Counted from the whole stretch's first letter, positions 40,215-52,842 are shown. The stretch is 63,840 bases of DNA, filler included, from Octopus bimaculoides (GCF_001194135.2; 8 parts of 8 records of this genome joined end to end with filler, not necessarily neighbours in it), one strand, 5' to 3'. Notes: generated by a model not told the origin, from the sequence alone. Numbers and translations: made by a program.

Positions 40215-40329
40215 CTGTTTAAAAGAAACATTGTTCTCAATCCCTCCATTCTTGGAGGGATTGTGAAAGCCTTAGGTGCTGCCCCTTATTCCAAAACAAT
40301 CTGATTAAGATGGGCAGAACCTTTTGATC
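40215..40329 (+). CDS. Candidate internal exon (115 nt) with one in-frame TGA
   Basis: TTATCTTCTGCAG acceptor and GATC|GTAAGT donor. Frame 0 reads LFKRNIVLNPSILGGIVKALGAAPYSKTI*LRWAEPFD; the other two frames also contain stops. Confidence 0.3.
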
Positions 40330-41332
40330 GTAAGTCTGTTCAGCCAGAATGATCTGGAACAAAACACAACCACCACTACCACCACCACCACCAGAACCAT
40401 CGTCATCAGTAACAACAAACAAAAAATATTAAGTGAACATCTTTCTTGTTCACAAGAGATGTCAACAGTTGTTCACCTGTTATATCATTTACATCAAATA
40501 CAGAGAGAGAGAGAGAGAGACATAATTATCGCAGGTGAAACTGTTTATCATATCAGCAGGTTCTTTTTTTTTTATATTTTTTTATACCGAGACAGTCATT
40601 TTAAACAGACAATATTGTTTGGTTGATTTCAATATAAAAAATCTCATAAATAAACATTTTATATACATACATATGCATACATACATACACACACATATTC
40701 ACACACACACACACACACATATATATANNNNNNNNNNNNNNNNNNNNNNNNNNNNNNNNNNNNNNNNNNNNNNNNNNNNNNNNNNNNNNNNNNNNNNNNN
40801 NNNNNNNNNNNNNNNNNNNNNNNNNNNNNNNNNNNNNNNNNNNNNNNNNNNNNNNNNNNNNNNNNNNNNNNNNNNNNNNNNNNNNNNNNNNNNNNNNNNN
40901 NNNNNNNNNNNNNNNNNNNNNNNNNNNNNNNNNNNNNNNNNNNNNNNNNNNNNNNNNNNNNNNNNNNNNNNNNNNNNNNNNNNNNNNNNNNNNNNNNNNN
41001 NNNNNNNNNNNNNNNNNNNNNNNNNNNNNNNNNNNNNNNNNNNNNNNNNNNNNNNNNNNNNNNNNNNNNNNNNNNNNNNNNNNNNNNNNNNNNNNNNNNN
41101 NNNNNNNNNNNNNNNNNNNNNNNNNNNNNNNNNNNNNNNNNNNNNNNNNNNNNNNNNNNNNNNNNNNNNNNNNNNNNNNNNNNNNNNNNNNNNNNNNNNN
41201 NNNNNNNNNNNNNNNNNNNNNNNNNNNNNNNNNNNNNNNNNNNNNNNNNNNNNNNNNNNNNNNNNNNNNNNNNNNNNNNNNNNNNNNNNNNNNNNNNNNN
41301 NNTTGTTTTCCTTTTTGATATTTAAGGAAACA

Positions 41333-41545
41333 AAGGGGTGAGCTGGTAGAATCGGTCGGACACCAGGTGAAACGCTTAGTTGCATTTCGTCTGTCTTTAT
41401 GTTCTGAGTTCAAATTCCACCAAGTTTGACTTTATCTTTTATCATTTCTGGTTCAATAAAATAAGTACCAATTGAGCACTGGGGTTGATGTAATTGATTT
41501 ACCTCCTCCCACCAAATTACTGGCCTTACATCAAAATTTGAAACC
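41333..41545 (+). mobile_element. SINE family A with (ATT)n tail
   Basis: GAGCTGGTAGAATCG...GAGTTCAAATTCC...AATAAAATAAGTACC...AAATTTGAAACC. Confidence 0.85.
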
Positions 41546-41549
41546 ATTA

Positions 41550-41588
<39 letters not shown>

Positions 41589-41589
41589 G

Positions 41590-41880
41590 TGAGTCAGAGC
41601 AGTGCATGCCATCAAAATGACGCTGGGGTAAAATATATGAAGCCCAGTATACCCATCATGACTACCCGTCTGATAAGGGTACACCAGGCACAAGCATCAC
41701 AACCATATGTGCACGTCATTGTTGATCTCATACCAAGATAAACAACACATGACTTTCCAGGTGGGGCCCAGTTAGAATTTTTTCTGGTCAAGAAACTCAT
41801 TCCACTCAAAAGGTCCTTAAATAAGGGTTGTTTAAGGATGTTGAATGAAACACCCATGTTTCCAGAGGTGAATTATTTGT
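41590..41880. repeat. Unclassified interspersed repeat (recalled as high-copy in Octopus)
   Basis: AGAGCAGTGCATGCCATCAAA...GGTGGGGCCCAGTTAGAATTTT; single copy here, so the call rests on recall. Confidence 0.4.
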
Positions 41881-42244
41881 ATCTTCATCATGTATAATAT
41901 AAAAATATGCTGTGGTTATTGCTGTTGTTGTTCTGGCCAGCTCCTAATATATAGAAGACTAAGTTCTATTATTGATTTATATACAAATTGTCTCACAACA
42001 AACATAGACAATTGTTACATTCAAATATGACTTATGTATATATGAACTGATCAGTCTAGAAATACATAGAAAAAAGATAGTCTGATGCATTTTTCTTTTT
42101 TTTTTTTTTTTGTTATATGTATTATATATATACATATATATATATATATGCTCTTATACGAAGTTGTTCTTGGAGATGAGGTCTACAATTATATAAAAAA
42201 AAACATTATTCATGTATTCATTTATATTTTACTCTTTAACAGAT

Positions 42245-42478
42245 TTAACCCTTTTGTTAATATATTTCTGCTGGAAAATAATGCCTTTGCTTCAGTAAAT
42301 TTTGAAATTAATGCAGAATTTAGTAAAACAACTTTGTCTAAATTAAGATAAAGGTTTAGTGCATAAATTAAAATGAAATTTCACTTTATCACACTTGTTA
42401 CTATACTTGGTTTAAATTAATTTTGAAAACAACGAAGAATATAGTGAAACAATTTTGTCCTTATAAAAAAGGGATGAA
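42245..42478. mobile_element. Second piggyBac-like MITE with an internal duplication
   Basis: Starts TTAACCCTTTT and ends AAAAGGGATGAA. AATTTTGAAA...AGAATWTAGTRAAACAAYTTTGTC occurs twice. Confidence 0.55.
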
Positions 42479-43394
42479 TAGCAGAAGCCAAGATTTTTTC
42501 ACACATTTTGGAAGCATCTGAGTGAGTTTTAGTTAATTTGGTATTGTTTCTGGCTCCATGAACAAGCCACTGCATATACAGTCAAAAGTATATAAACAAA
42601 TAAATAAGATATTAATAATGAAGTGGGAGTAGGAATCCATGCAAGGCTTTGGAAAGAAAGAAAAACAAACAGAAAAATAAGAAAAAAAGAAGGGGGCAGT
42701 AACTAACCCTTCAAACACTGTTGACAGCTTGCATCTAATAGATTTAGATAATACATATATGCATATAAACGTAGGAGGTAGGAGACATTAGAAAGCATGC
42801 ATTAGATTGAGATGTTAGATAGATAGAGACTTAAAGATATGATTGTATTTGTAGGATGTGAAAGAGACAAAACCAAAAACAAAAGCAAAACAAAAAGCAG
42901 ACATACAGAGACAAAACCTGATCAAAATAAAATGGACAAAATTCAATTCTGAAATATGTAAGAACATGGAAAATATATATGTGGGGATATGGAAAAAAAA
43001 GTCAATCAATTCAAAACTAAAGTGATAATTTCAAATGGTAATAATAATACAATGAAATAATATAACATGTGTATTAGACTTAACCTAATCAATAAAAGGC
43101 CATATAAAAAATAAATGTAAAACCATTCATAAAATTGTATAAAGACCAAATGTGACAGTCGGAAGAATCAATGTGAGTTCAATAATGCAAAAATTATAAA
43201 AATATACAGCCAACATATTTGAAGTAATAATAATAAAAAAATAATAAAACATCTATGGAAGCAAGAAATGGTTACATATATATATATATATATTAATCAT
43301 TTAGTGACAAAGGACTTGATGTCAAAAACTTCAAAGAATGCCTACAGTTATTCAATAGTTCAGATTTTCACTTTAAGGCCAATTTGTCCAAACA

Positions 43395-43600
43395 TAATTT
43401 ACATTTCATAGAACAGCAGTATGATCCATGTTTTTATGGGTTCACCTCTCTAAGATTGACCAGTGGATTTTGATAGGGGTAGAAATAGTTGCTTTTAATC
43501 ACCATACTTGTTTGGATAAACTTGTTGAGGACCTGTTTTCTAGGTATTTGAAAGAATTTTAGTGTGACTTGGGTGTGTTTTACATATAGGGTATTATCAA
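43395..43600 (-). mobile_element. Possible Penelope GIY-YIG endonuclease C-terminal remnant
   Basis: FKYLENRSSTSLSKQVW*LK....IKIHWSILER resembles PLE ST.LSK.IW.LK...I.WSIL. Confidence 0.4.
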
Positions 43601-43789
43601 CCTGGACTGTACCTCTCCTTGCACTCACTCACTCACTACTCCTTACTCTCTGCTGCTATGTCTCTTACAGCCCTACACTCCATAGTTTCTCAACCTCCAC
43701 AACACTTCATTTTACCCCTTCTAGCCTTCCCCAATAACATCTCACATTTAGTAGAGTAAAGTTACGTTCTAAAATCATGCCGACTTATA

Positions 43790-43915
43790 AGGGCCAGTTT
43801 CCTGGTTTCAAGGTGTATAAGTTCCCCACCTGGACGAGACCCCGGTTCGTCACAGGATTACTCATTTTTGTCAGATGACTGGACTGGAGTAATGAACAGA
43901 AACATGACACTCTGA
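43790..43915 (-). mobile_element. SINE family C core fragment
   Basis: Matches 56075-56160 (ACTCATTTTTG.CAG.TGA.TGGACTGGAG). Confidence 0.6.
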
Positions 43916-43989
43916 GTAGCAGTTTATTGTGATATTTATGGGATATTTTTGCAGCTTTAATAATAACAAAGTATGTATAAATATCTATA

Positions 43990-44024
<35 letters not shown>

Positions 44025-44334
44025 NNNNNNNNNNNNNNNNNNNNNNNNNNNNNNNNNNNNNNNNNNNNNNNNNNNNNNNNNNNNNNNNNNNNNNNNNNNN
44101 NNNNNNNNNNNNNNNNNNNNNNNNNNNNNNNNNNNNNNNNNNNNNNNNNNNNNNNNNNNNNNNNNNNNNNNNNNNNNNNNNNNNNNNNNNNNNNNNNNNN
44201 NNNNNNNNNNNNNNNNNNNNNNNNNNNNNNNNNNNNNNNNNNNNNNNNNNNNNNNNNNNNNNNNNNNNNNNNNNNNNNNNNNNNNNNNNNNNNNNNNNNN
44301 NNNNNNNNNNNNNNNNNNNNNNNNNNNNNNNNNN

Positions 44335-44371
<37 letters not shown>

Positions 44372-44441
44372 ATATATATATATATATATGCACATATGTA
44401 TATATATATATATGTATATATGTATGTGCATGTGCATGTGC

Positions 44442-44488
<47 letters not shown>

Positions 44489-44494
44489 CGCATA

Positions 44495-44715
44495 TGCTTG
44501 TTACTGTCCCTTGCCTTAACATTGCATGATAGTTGTAAACGAGTATCACCATTACGCAAGCTGTGTCCTTTGTTTCCAGTATGCCATGAAAACATGTCTG
44601 GTCCTGGAAGCAGGTGGGGGTTGGCAACCGGAAGAGCATCAGGCCACAGAAAATCTGCCTCAGCAAAATTCCATTTGACCACACAAGCGCATGAAAGAGT
44701 GGACATTAAAACAAT
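44495..44715 (+). mobile_element. SINE/LINE-type 3' tail ending in (GAT)n
   Basis: GGTTGGCAACCGGAAGAGCATC...AGAAAATCTGCC...GGACATTAAAACAATGATGATG, similar to 62790-62940. Confidence 0.6.
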
Positions 44716-44728
44716 GATGATGATGGTA

Positions 44729-44772
<44 letters not shown>

Positions 44773-45077
44773 CTATGTATATGCATGTATGTATATGTTC
44801 GCTTGCATACTTAAATATGTATAGGTTTCTATTTATTATAAACACACACACACACACACACATATATATATGTATGTATGTATAGGTATATATGTATGTG
44901 TAGATGTAATGTTGCTGTTGATGTTGTTGTTGTTGTGGTTGTTGTCGTTATTTAACTATCAAAGTATAAATTTATATCAATCTTTAAGCAGTATTGTGAA
45001 AGCAATAAATTTGTACTTCAAAAACATTTTATCTCTCAACTTTCATGTTGCCATAGCTGAAAAATAACAATAGCAAC

Positions 45078-45117
<40 letters not shown>

Positions 45118-46197
45118 ACGGTGGTGGTGGTGGTGGCGGCAGCAACAGTGGCAGCAGCAGTGGCACAATGTGGTGGTGGTGGTGGCGGTGGCGGCGNNNN
45201 NNNNNNNNNNNNNNNNNNNNNNNNNNNNNNNNNNNNNNNNNNNNNNNNNNNNNNNNNNNNNNNNNNNNNNNNNNNNNNNNNNNNNNNNNNNNNNNNNNNN
45301 NNNNNNNNNNNNNNNNNNNNNNNNNNNNNNNNNNNNNNNNNNNNNNNNNNNNNNNNNNNNNNNNNNNNNNNNNNNNNNNNNNNNNNNNNNNNNNNNNNNN
45401 NNNNNNNNNNNNNNNNNNNNNNNNNNNNNNNNNNNNNNNNNNNNNNNNNNNNNNNNNNNNNNNNNNNNNNNNNNNNNNNNNNNNNNNNNNNNNNNNNNNN
45501 NNNNNNNNNNNNNNNNNNNNNNNNNNNNNNNNNNNNNNNNNNNNNNNNNNNNNNNNNNNNNNNNNNNNNNNNNNNNNNNNNNNNNNNNNNNNNNNNNNNN
45601 NNNNNNNNNNNNNNNNNNNNNNNNNNNNNNNNNNNNNNNNNNNNNNNNNNNNNNNNNNNNNNNNNNNNNNNNNNNNNNNNNNNNNNNNNNNNNNNNNNNN
45701 NNNNNNNNNNNNNNNNNNNNNNNNNNNNNNNNNNNNNNNNNNNNNNNNNNNNNNNNNNNNNNNNNNNNNNNNNNNNNNNNNNNNNNNNNNNNNNNNNNNN
45801 NNNNNNNNNNNNNNNNNNNNNNNNNNNNNNNNNNNNNNNNNNNNNNNNNNNNNNNNNNNNNNNNNNNNNNNNNNNNNNNNNNNNNNNNNNNNNNNNNNNN
45901 NNNNNNNNNNNNNNNNNNNNNNNNNNNNNNNNNNNNNNNNNNNNNNNNNNNNNNNNNNNNNNNNNNNNNNNNNNNNNNNNNNNNNNNNNNNNNNNNNNNN
46001 NNNNNNNTATATATATATATATATATATATATATGCATACATACATACATATGCATATACATACATGCATATATACATGCATACATACTTGTGTATGTAG
46101 AGACATACATATGTACATGCATACACACATACATGCATATATACACACATACATACTCACATAAATATATATGTATGTGTGTGTATATATGTGTGTC

Positions 46198-46237
<40 letters not shown>

Positions 46238-46769
46238 TATGCATACATATACATTTATATAAACGTGTGTGTGTATGTATATGTATATATATTTATACGC
46301 ACGCACACACTCACACACACACACTCACACACACACACTCACACACACACACACTCACACACACACACTCACACACACATATATATGTATGTATATATGT
46401 GTTGTATGTATTAATATTTTCCAAATATTTAAAAAGGAATTATCGAAAATTTTAGCTTTTAAATTGTAATCTTAATACATGATAAGGATTAAATGAGGGG
46501 GAAGAAAGATTAAGCAATTGAAAGAGGAAATATTGGATTAAATATAATGGTGCTGGTGTTGTTGTTGTTGTGATTATTGTTGTTGTTGTCAGTGGTGGTG
46601 TTGGTAGTGGTAATGGTAGCCGTAGTCTAGCTGTAAAGAAAAGCCCTCGTATAGGAATACATACATACCTATACACAAATATATAGACACACACACAAGT
46701 TGTATCATGTGTGTATGTATACTTATAAATTAGTATTAATATATATGTATATATGTGTACATATACATA

Positions 46770-46839
<70 letters not shown>

Positions 46840-47713
46840 AGTATATAGACATGTATAAGTATATATAGACATGAAAATATATACATATTATGTACATATA
46901 TACATATTATATATATTCTAAATACACACACACACACACATGCACACAGATATATATATATATAAAGACACTTGCATATCACGCACATATATAACAATGC
47001 GTGTGTGTGTGTGCGTGTGTGTGTGTGTGCGTGTGTGTGTGTGCGTGTGTGTGTGTGTGTGTGTGTACATAAATACATACTTTTAATATGACGATAATAA
47101 TNNNNNNNNNNGTGTGTGTGCGTGTGTGTGTGTGTGCGTGTGTGTGTGTGCGTGTGTGTGTGTGTGTGTGTGTACATAAATACATACTTTTAATATGACG
47201 ATAATAATAATAATAACAATATTAATTTGCATATAATGTGTATGCATGTGAAAGTGTCTATATGTGCGTATATGTGTATATATATATGTGTGTGTGTGTG
47301 CTTGTGTGTATGTATGTATGTATGTATGTATGCATATCTTTTTCTTTATTATATTTAGTGATGTGAAAAAGCCTTTTAACTTTTTTTAAATACCATTCTC
47401 TGTTAAACTATGCAAATTGGTGAATCAGTCTCTATGCCTATGTGAGTGTATGTGCATTTGTTTGAGAGTTAGTCAGCCTGTGTCTAAGATGATTTGCTTG
47501 TTTGCGTGTAACTGTATGTCGTCTGCCTATTATAATCTGAGTCTGTGTAGTAGTTTTATGCTTGTGTATGTGTTTTGCCTGTCTGTCCGTCTGCCTGTCC
47601 GTCTGTCAGTTGGTATGTAAATAATATGTATTTGAGAAGTGTGTGTGTGTGTGTGTGTGTAAATGTGTAGGTATGCATGAATTAGTATTTTATCTGTTCG
47701 TGTAATTTATTTA

Positions 47714-47812
<99 letters not shown>

Positions 47813-47964
47813 ATGTGTGTTTGTGTATGTGGAGTAGTATGTAAATACTGAAGTACATAAACATTTAGATGTATTTTTTATACATATGTATGTGTGCTAT
47901 GTACATACAGAGAAACATATATGCAAAAATACACAAATGCACGCACACACACACACACACACAC

Positions 47965-48130
47965 CTATTTTTCTTCTACTTCCTTCATTTATTGGACTGG
48001 AACTATGCCGTGGTATGGCCTTGAAGGGCTTAGTCAAACAAGTAGACCTCAGTACTTAATTTCCAGTCTGGTACTCATTCTATTGGATGCAAACAAATCA
48101 ACACTGATGTGATGGGGGTCAAACACAAAC
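47965..48130 (-). mobile_element. Degenerate SINE family B tail
   Basis: GGCCTTGAAGGG...GTACTTA...GGTACTCATTCTATTGG. Confidence 0.55.
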
Positions 48131-48167
48131 AGTAAGACATGCACACATACTTGTACACATATACATA

Positions 48168-49057
48168 TGAGAAGGAACCCAAAAGAAACCAGAATTTCGC
48201 AATATTTTTACATGTTGATACTTTTATTGCCTTCAAAATATTCCCCATTTGAAGCACTGCATCGGTCAAGACATATTTTCCACAATTCAAAGCAGAGCTA
48301 GAATTCTTGCAAAGTGATGCATTTTAACGCTGCCGTCATTTTTTTCTTCACCTCTTTCACATCTGCAAATTCTGTAGCACCAGCTTTCATCACCAGCGAT
48401 GATGTTCGAAAAAAAGGTCCAAATCAACTTCCAACTGTTTTTTTAGTCCACGACACTCATTCAGACATGACTGCTTTTGATCTTCCATGAGCAGACAAGG
48501 CACAAATTTTACTGCAACACTTTTAATTCGCAATTCCTTGCACAAAATTTGTTGACAGGAGCTCCAGGACACACCAGTCATGTCAACAAGTTCGTCACTT
48601 GTTCGGTGCCATCCTCCAAGTTCAGTTCACGAATTTTCATAATGTTTTCATTTGTTCAGGAGGTCGACAGTTGCCCTGAACAAGGTTGGTCTTGAAGCGA
48701 CAAGTGACCATTCCTAAAGTATGGAAACCACTCATAAACTTGTGTTTTGCTCATGGCAGCATCCTTGTAAGCTGTTTGAAGCCTGATAACTGTTTTGGCT
48801 GCCGTTTTTCCCAGCAGAAAACAGAATTTCATGGAAGCACACTGTTCCTTTATTTCAGCCTTCGCAAAAACCAACAAACAGGGGAGAAGCACCGCAAAGC
48901 AAAAATGCACAACATGGCAGCACGACCTCACCCTACACTGCAGGTCAGCAGACTGATTCCTGAGGGTCATATCAAGTGGCTTCTAGCAGCAGAAACCTGA
49001 AATACAACAGGCTTGAACCACAGAGAACGTTTCTGGCTACTTTTGGGTGACCCCTTG
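48168..49057 (-). mobile_element. Internally deleted mariner with both TIRs
   Basis: TA-flanked TIRs (TGAGAAGGAACCCAAAAGAAACCAGAA / TTCTGGCTACTTTTGGGTGACCCCTTG). EIKEQCASMKFCFLLGKTA..., KFVPCLLMEDQK and ITGDESW are joined directly to the C-terminus. Confidence 0.9.
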
Positions 49058-49379
49058 TAACACACACACACACACATGCATGCACACACACATGCATGCA
49101 CACACACATGCATGCACACGCACACACAATGGTGATTGTCAACTCAAAACAAGTATTGCCATCTCTGACAAATTAACTTGGCCTAGATGTGAAAGACAAT
49201 GGCTGCCAGCAATTCCAGAGCTGAAATTTAAAGTGAATAGCAGCTTGCACAGCACTGCTAATGGTCACATCTACAAAGCTAAGTAGTCCAGAAACAAGAA
49301 AAGCAAGATCTCCAGCTTTGCAAATGAGGCAGGTGTTATTTCAGAATTTCCTTTTCCTTTGAGAGATATCTAAACAAAG

Positions 49380-49411
<32 letters not shown>

Positions 49412-49818
49412 GATAATTGTCTCATTTTATCGGATGATAGGCATCTTACTTTCAATGTGATTGTTCTGATTTGCTTTCATCCTTGCCTATGTCAGATATC
49501 ACTTGTGATAATCATCCATCACAGACCTTTATAAAATATAAAATAGATCAAGAAACAAAATTACAGCAAGACATCAGTACATCATTAGATTTCAGTGACA
49601 AAAGCTTGTACAACACTTTCGCCACTCTCTTAGTCACCAAAGTAGGTTCCAATGACAAGCATTGCAAGATGAGTGGTACTAATTTTATATCCAAATATCT
49701 TTCTCCTAGAAGAATTGCCTTCTCCTCAAAGGTTTATACAGTGTGTATAGAGCTATTGACCCTGGTAGATTTTTCATCATATTAGACATTTGTCTGCCTT
49801 GAACAATTACTGGTGACT

Positions 49819-49980
49819 GTACGAGGGGGTACTCCAAAGAAACCAGAATTTTGCAATGTTATTTTTTTTCACTTAGTTTTACATGTTTACACTTTTATCG
49901 CCTTCAAAGTATTCTCCATTTGAAGCAATGCATCGGCTCAGGTGCGTTTTCCATTATTTGAAGCAGTGCTGGAACTCTTA
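49819..49980 (-). mobile_element. 3' end plus TIR of the same mariner family
   Basis: TACGAGGGGTACTCCAAAGAAACCAGAATTT...CCTTCAAAGTATTCTCCATTTGAAGCA aligns with 48168-48300. Confidence 0.85.
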
Positions 49981-50114
49981 TGAGTGAGAAACCCAGGGTA
50001 ACCCCATAAACCAGCCTACCCCACCATAATATTAACTGCTCTACATCTTAGAGTATGCTTCTCCTCCAGGTTAATGTATTTCTACAAATGAACCTATATA
50101 TATAGATATATCTA

Positions 50115-50163
<49 letters not shown>

Positions 50164-50415
50164 TTACAGATGTATATATTAATATGTATATACGCATGTA
50201 TGTATGCTTGTAAGGATATTTGTTTATCTATGTAAATTATGTATGCATACAGACATACATATATAGCTAAACAGATAATGATACATATACATATAGATGC
50301 ACACAACACACACATACATATCTATAAGTATGTATATTTATATATATATATATGTATATATATATAAGTTAAAAAAAAGACAAAAAACAATAACAAAAAA
50401 CAACAATGTGAGGAC

Positions 50416-50586
50416 GTGATACGGATAGTATTATTAGACGCTCGGTAAAAGGAAAGCGTGATACGGATAGTGTTATCAGACGCTCGGTAAAAGGAAAGCG
50501 TGATACGGATAGTGTTATCAGACGCTCGGTAAAAGGAAAGCGTGATACGGATAGTGTTATCAGACGCTCGGTAAAAGGAAAGCGTG
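50416..50586. repeat. 42-bp minisatellite, at least 4 copies, running into a gap
   Basis: Unit GTGATACGGATAGTGTTATCAGACGCTCGGTAAAAGGAAAGC. Confidence 0.95.
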
Positions 50587-51059
50587 NNNNNNNNNNNNNN
50601 NNNNNNNNNNNNNNNNNNNNNNNNNNNNNNNNNNNNNNNNNNNNNNNNNNNNNNNNNNNNNNNNNNNNNNNNNNNNNNNNNNNNNNNNNNNNNNNNNNNN
50701 NNNNNNNNNNNNNNNNNNNNNNNNNNNNNNNNNNNNNNNNNNNNNNNNNNNNNNNNNNNNNNNNNNNNNNNNNNNNNNNNNNNNNNNNNNNNNNNNNNNN
50801 NNNNNNNNNNNNNNNNNNNNNNNNNNNNNNNNNNNNNNNNNNNNNNNNNNNNNNNNNNNNNNNNNNNNNNNNNNNNNNNNNNNNNNNNNNNNNNNNNNNN
50901 NNNNNNNNNNNNNNNNNNNNNNNNNNNNNNNNNNNNNNNNNNNNNNNNNNNNNNNNNNNNNNNNNNNNNNNNNNNNNNNNNNNNNNNNNNNNNNNNNNNN
51001 NNNNNNNNNNNNNNNNNNNNNNNNNNNNNNNNNNNNNNNNNNNNNNNNNNNNNNNNNNN

Positions 51060-51100
<41 letters not shown>

Positions 51101-51175
51101 ACTTATAGATATGTGCGTGTGTGTGTGTACATATAGATATATATATAATTACATCTACACACATACGCGCGTGCA

Positions 51176-51212
<37 letters not shown>

Positions 51213-51654
51213 TATTTAGAAATGTTGCTCCACTCCACTTCGGGGAGAAAGTTAAGGAAAAACTTTAATGTCAAAGGTTTAGTAATCAATCAAAGGAAAG
51301 AAAAAAAGGGAAAAGTAAGCAAGCAAGAAAGAAAGAAACTAACAACATGTCTTAGCATGTGTGTGTATATATGTGTGTGTATATATGTGTGTGTATATAT
51401 GTGTGTGCAAGTGTATGCTTATGCGTGTGTGTATTTGTGCATATGTATATATAAATATGTATGAAATGGGTATGAAATGCAAAAGGTTAGCACTGTAACT
51501 GTAGTAGTGCTTGTTTTGCCCCATGTGGGCCCTGATTGTGCCGACCTCTTATGAAGGGTATTTTGGCCATGTTCATCTTGGCTTCTATTTAGGTACTGTT
51601 TGTGTATGCAGGAGTACATTATTTAAGGTGCCCTGCCTGTTTTAAAATGGTAGG

Positions 51655-51815
51655 GGGCGAGTTAAGGAATATTTGGTAGCTATTTCTAACAGATCAAGAG
51701 AGCATGTAGAAACTTCCATGTTATCTGTGTCCAGCATGTTTTAAGATGACAGAGCATGATCTAATGAATAGTTAGCAGCTATTTCTAGCAGATCGAGAGA
51801 CCATGTAGTAATTTT
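51655..51815 (+). repeat. Tandem pair of an interspersed repeat (GCTATTTCTAGCAG.TCGAG.GACCA)
   Basis: The motif also appears near 2657, 33170 and 36190. Confidence 0.6.
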
Positions 51816-52043
51816 CATATTACTACATGGTCTTACCCACAAATTTTATATAATATATTCCACACAATGCTTCATACTAACTATTCCATTATATATCATA
51901 TATATATGATATTTACCACATGAACTATGATGAAAAAATATGGGAAAGATATGGTGTATAATTTTTTTGTGCTGGGATTCCTAGAGACATGTAATTTATT
52001 TTAAGGGTTATGCAAGGATAAAAACGTTGAGAAACACTGGTTT

Positions 52044-52506
52044 AGGTGGTAAGCTGGCATGCTTGTTAGCATACCGGGCATAATGCTTGGTAGTGTTTCT
52101 TCTGCCTTTTTGTTCTAAGTTCAAATTTCACCGTAGTCAACTTTGCCTTTTATCCTTTCAGGGTCAATAAATTAAGTAACAGTGAAACACTGGGGTTAAT
52201 GTAATCGACTCGTCTCCTCCCCCAAAGTTCCTAGCCTTGTGGCAAAACTTTAAAATCATTATTATTGTTGTTGTTGTTGTTGCTAAGGCACTGAGATGGC
52301 AGGATCATTAGCATGGTGAGAAAAATGCTTAGTGGTATTTCATCCATCTTTACATTCTGAGTTCAAATTCCACCGAGGTTTATATTGCTTTTCGTCCTTT
52401 TGCAGGGGCCGATAAAATAAGTGCCAGTTGAACACTAAGGTTGATGTGATCAACTTACTCCCTCCCCACCAAAAGGTTTCAGGCCTTGAGACAAAATCTT
52501 GAAATC
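52044..52506 (+). mobile_element. Two tandem SINE family A copies separated by (ATT)/(GTT)n
   Basis: Copies at 52044-52257 and 52285-52506, each with GTTCAAATT and core motifs. Confidence 0.85.
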
Positions 52507-52658
52507 ATTATTATTATTATAATTGCTGCAATCACTACAAAAAGTCAACGATAATGGTGATGATGATGATGATGATGATGATGACGATGATGATGACGAT
52601 TATGCTGATAATGATATTGATGACGATGATAATGATGATGATAATGATGATGACGACA

Positions 52659-52689
<31 letters not shown>

Positions 52690-52759
52690 CAATAATAATG
52701 ATGACGATGACGATGATATGTATGGTTGCTGTTATGGTTTAATATCCCATGATTGACAG

Positions 52760-52842
52760 TTGCTGACGGGACGGCTTCCAAGGTGCCAAGAACAGTACTC
52801 AATCAATGGTGTGACTGGGGATTTGGAGAGGCTAAAGAACAG
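52760..52842 (+). CDS. Candidate internal exon (83 nt)
   Basis: GATTGACAG acceptor and CAG|GTGAGA donor. Two frames are open (xADGTASKVPRTVLNQWCDWGFGEAKEQ or LLTGRLPRCQEQYSINGVTGDLERLKN). It is a balanced-GC island amid simple repeats. Confidence 0.45.

Noticed and set aside
46997-47215. ~100-bp duplication either side of a 10-N gap
   Set aside because: Typical unmerged contig overlap in a microsatellite, so an assembly artefact.
49471-49785. 104-aa ORF in non-repetitive sequence
   Set aside because: TTG start, no recognisable motif and no convincing splice sites.
50416-50586. CRISPR-like appearance of the 42-bp repeat
   Set aside because: Units are contiguous with no spacers, and the context is eukaryotic.
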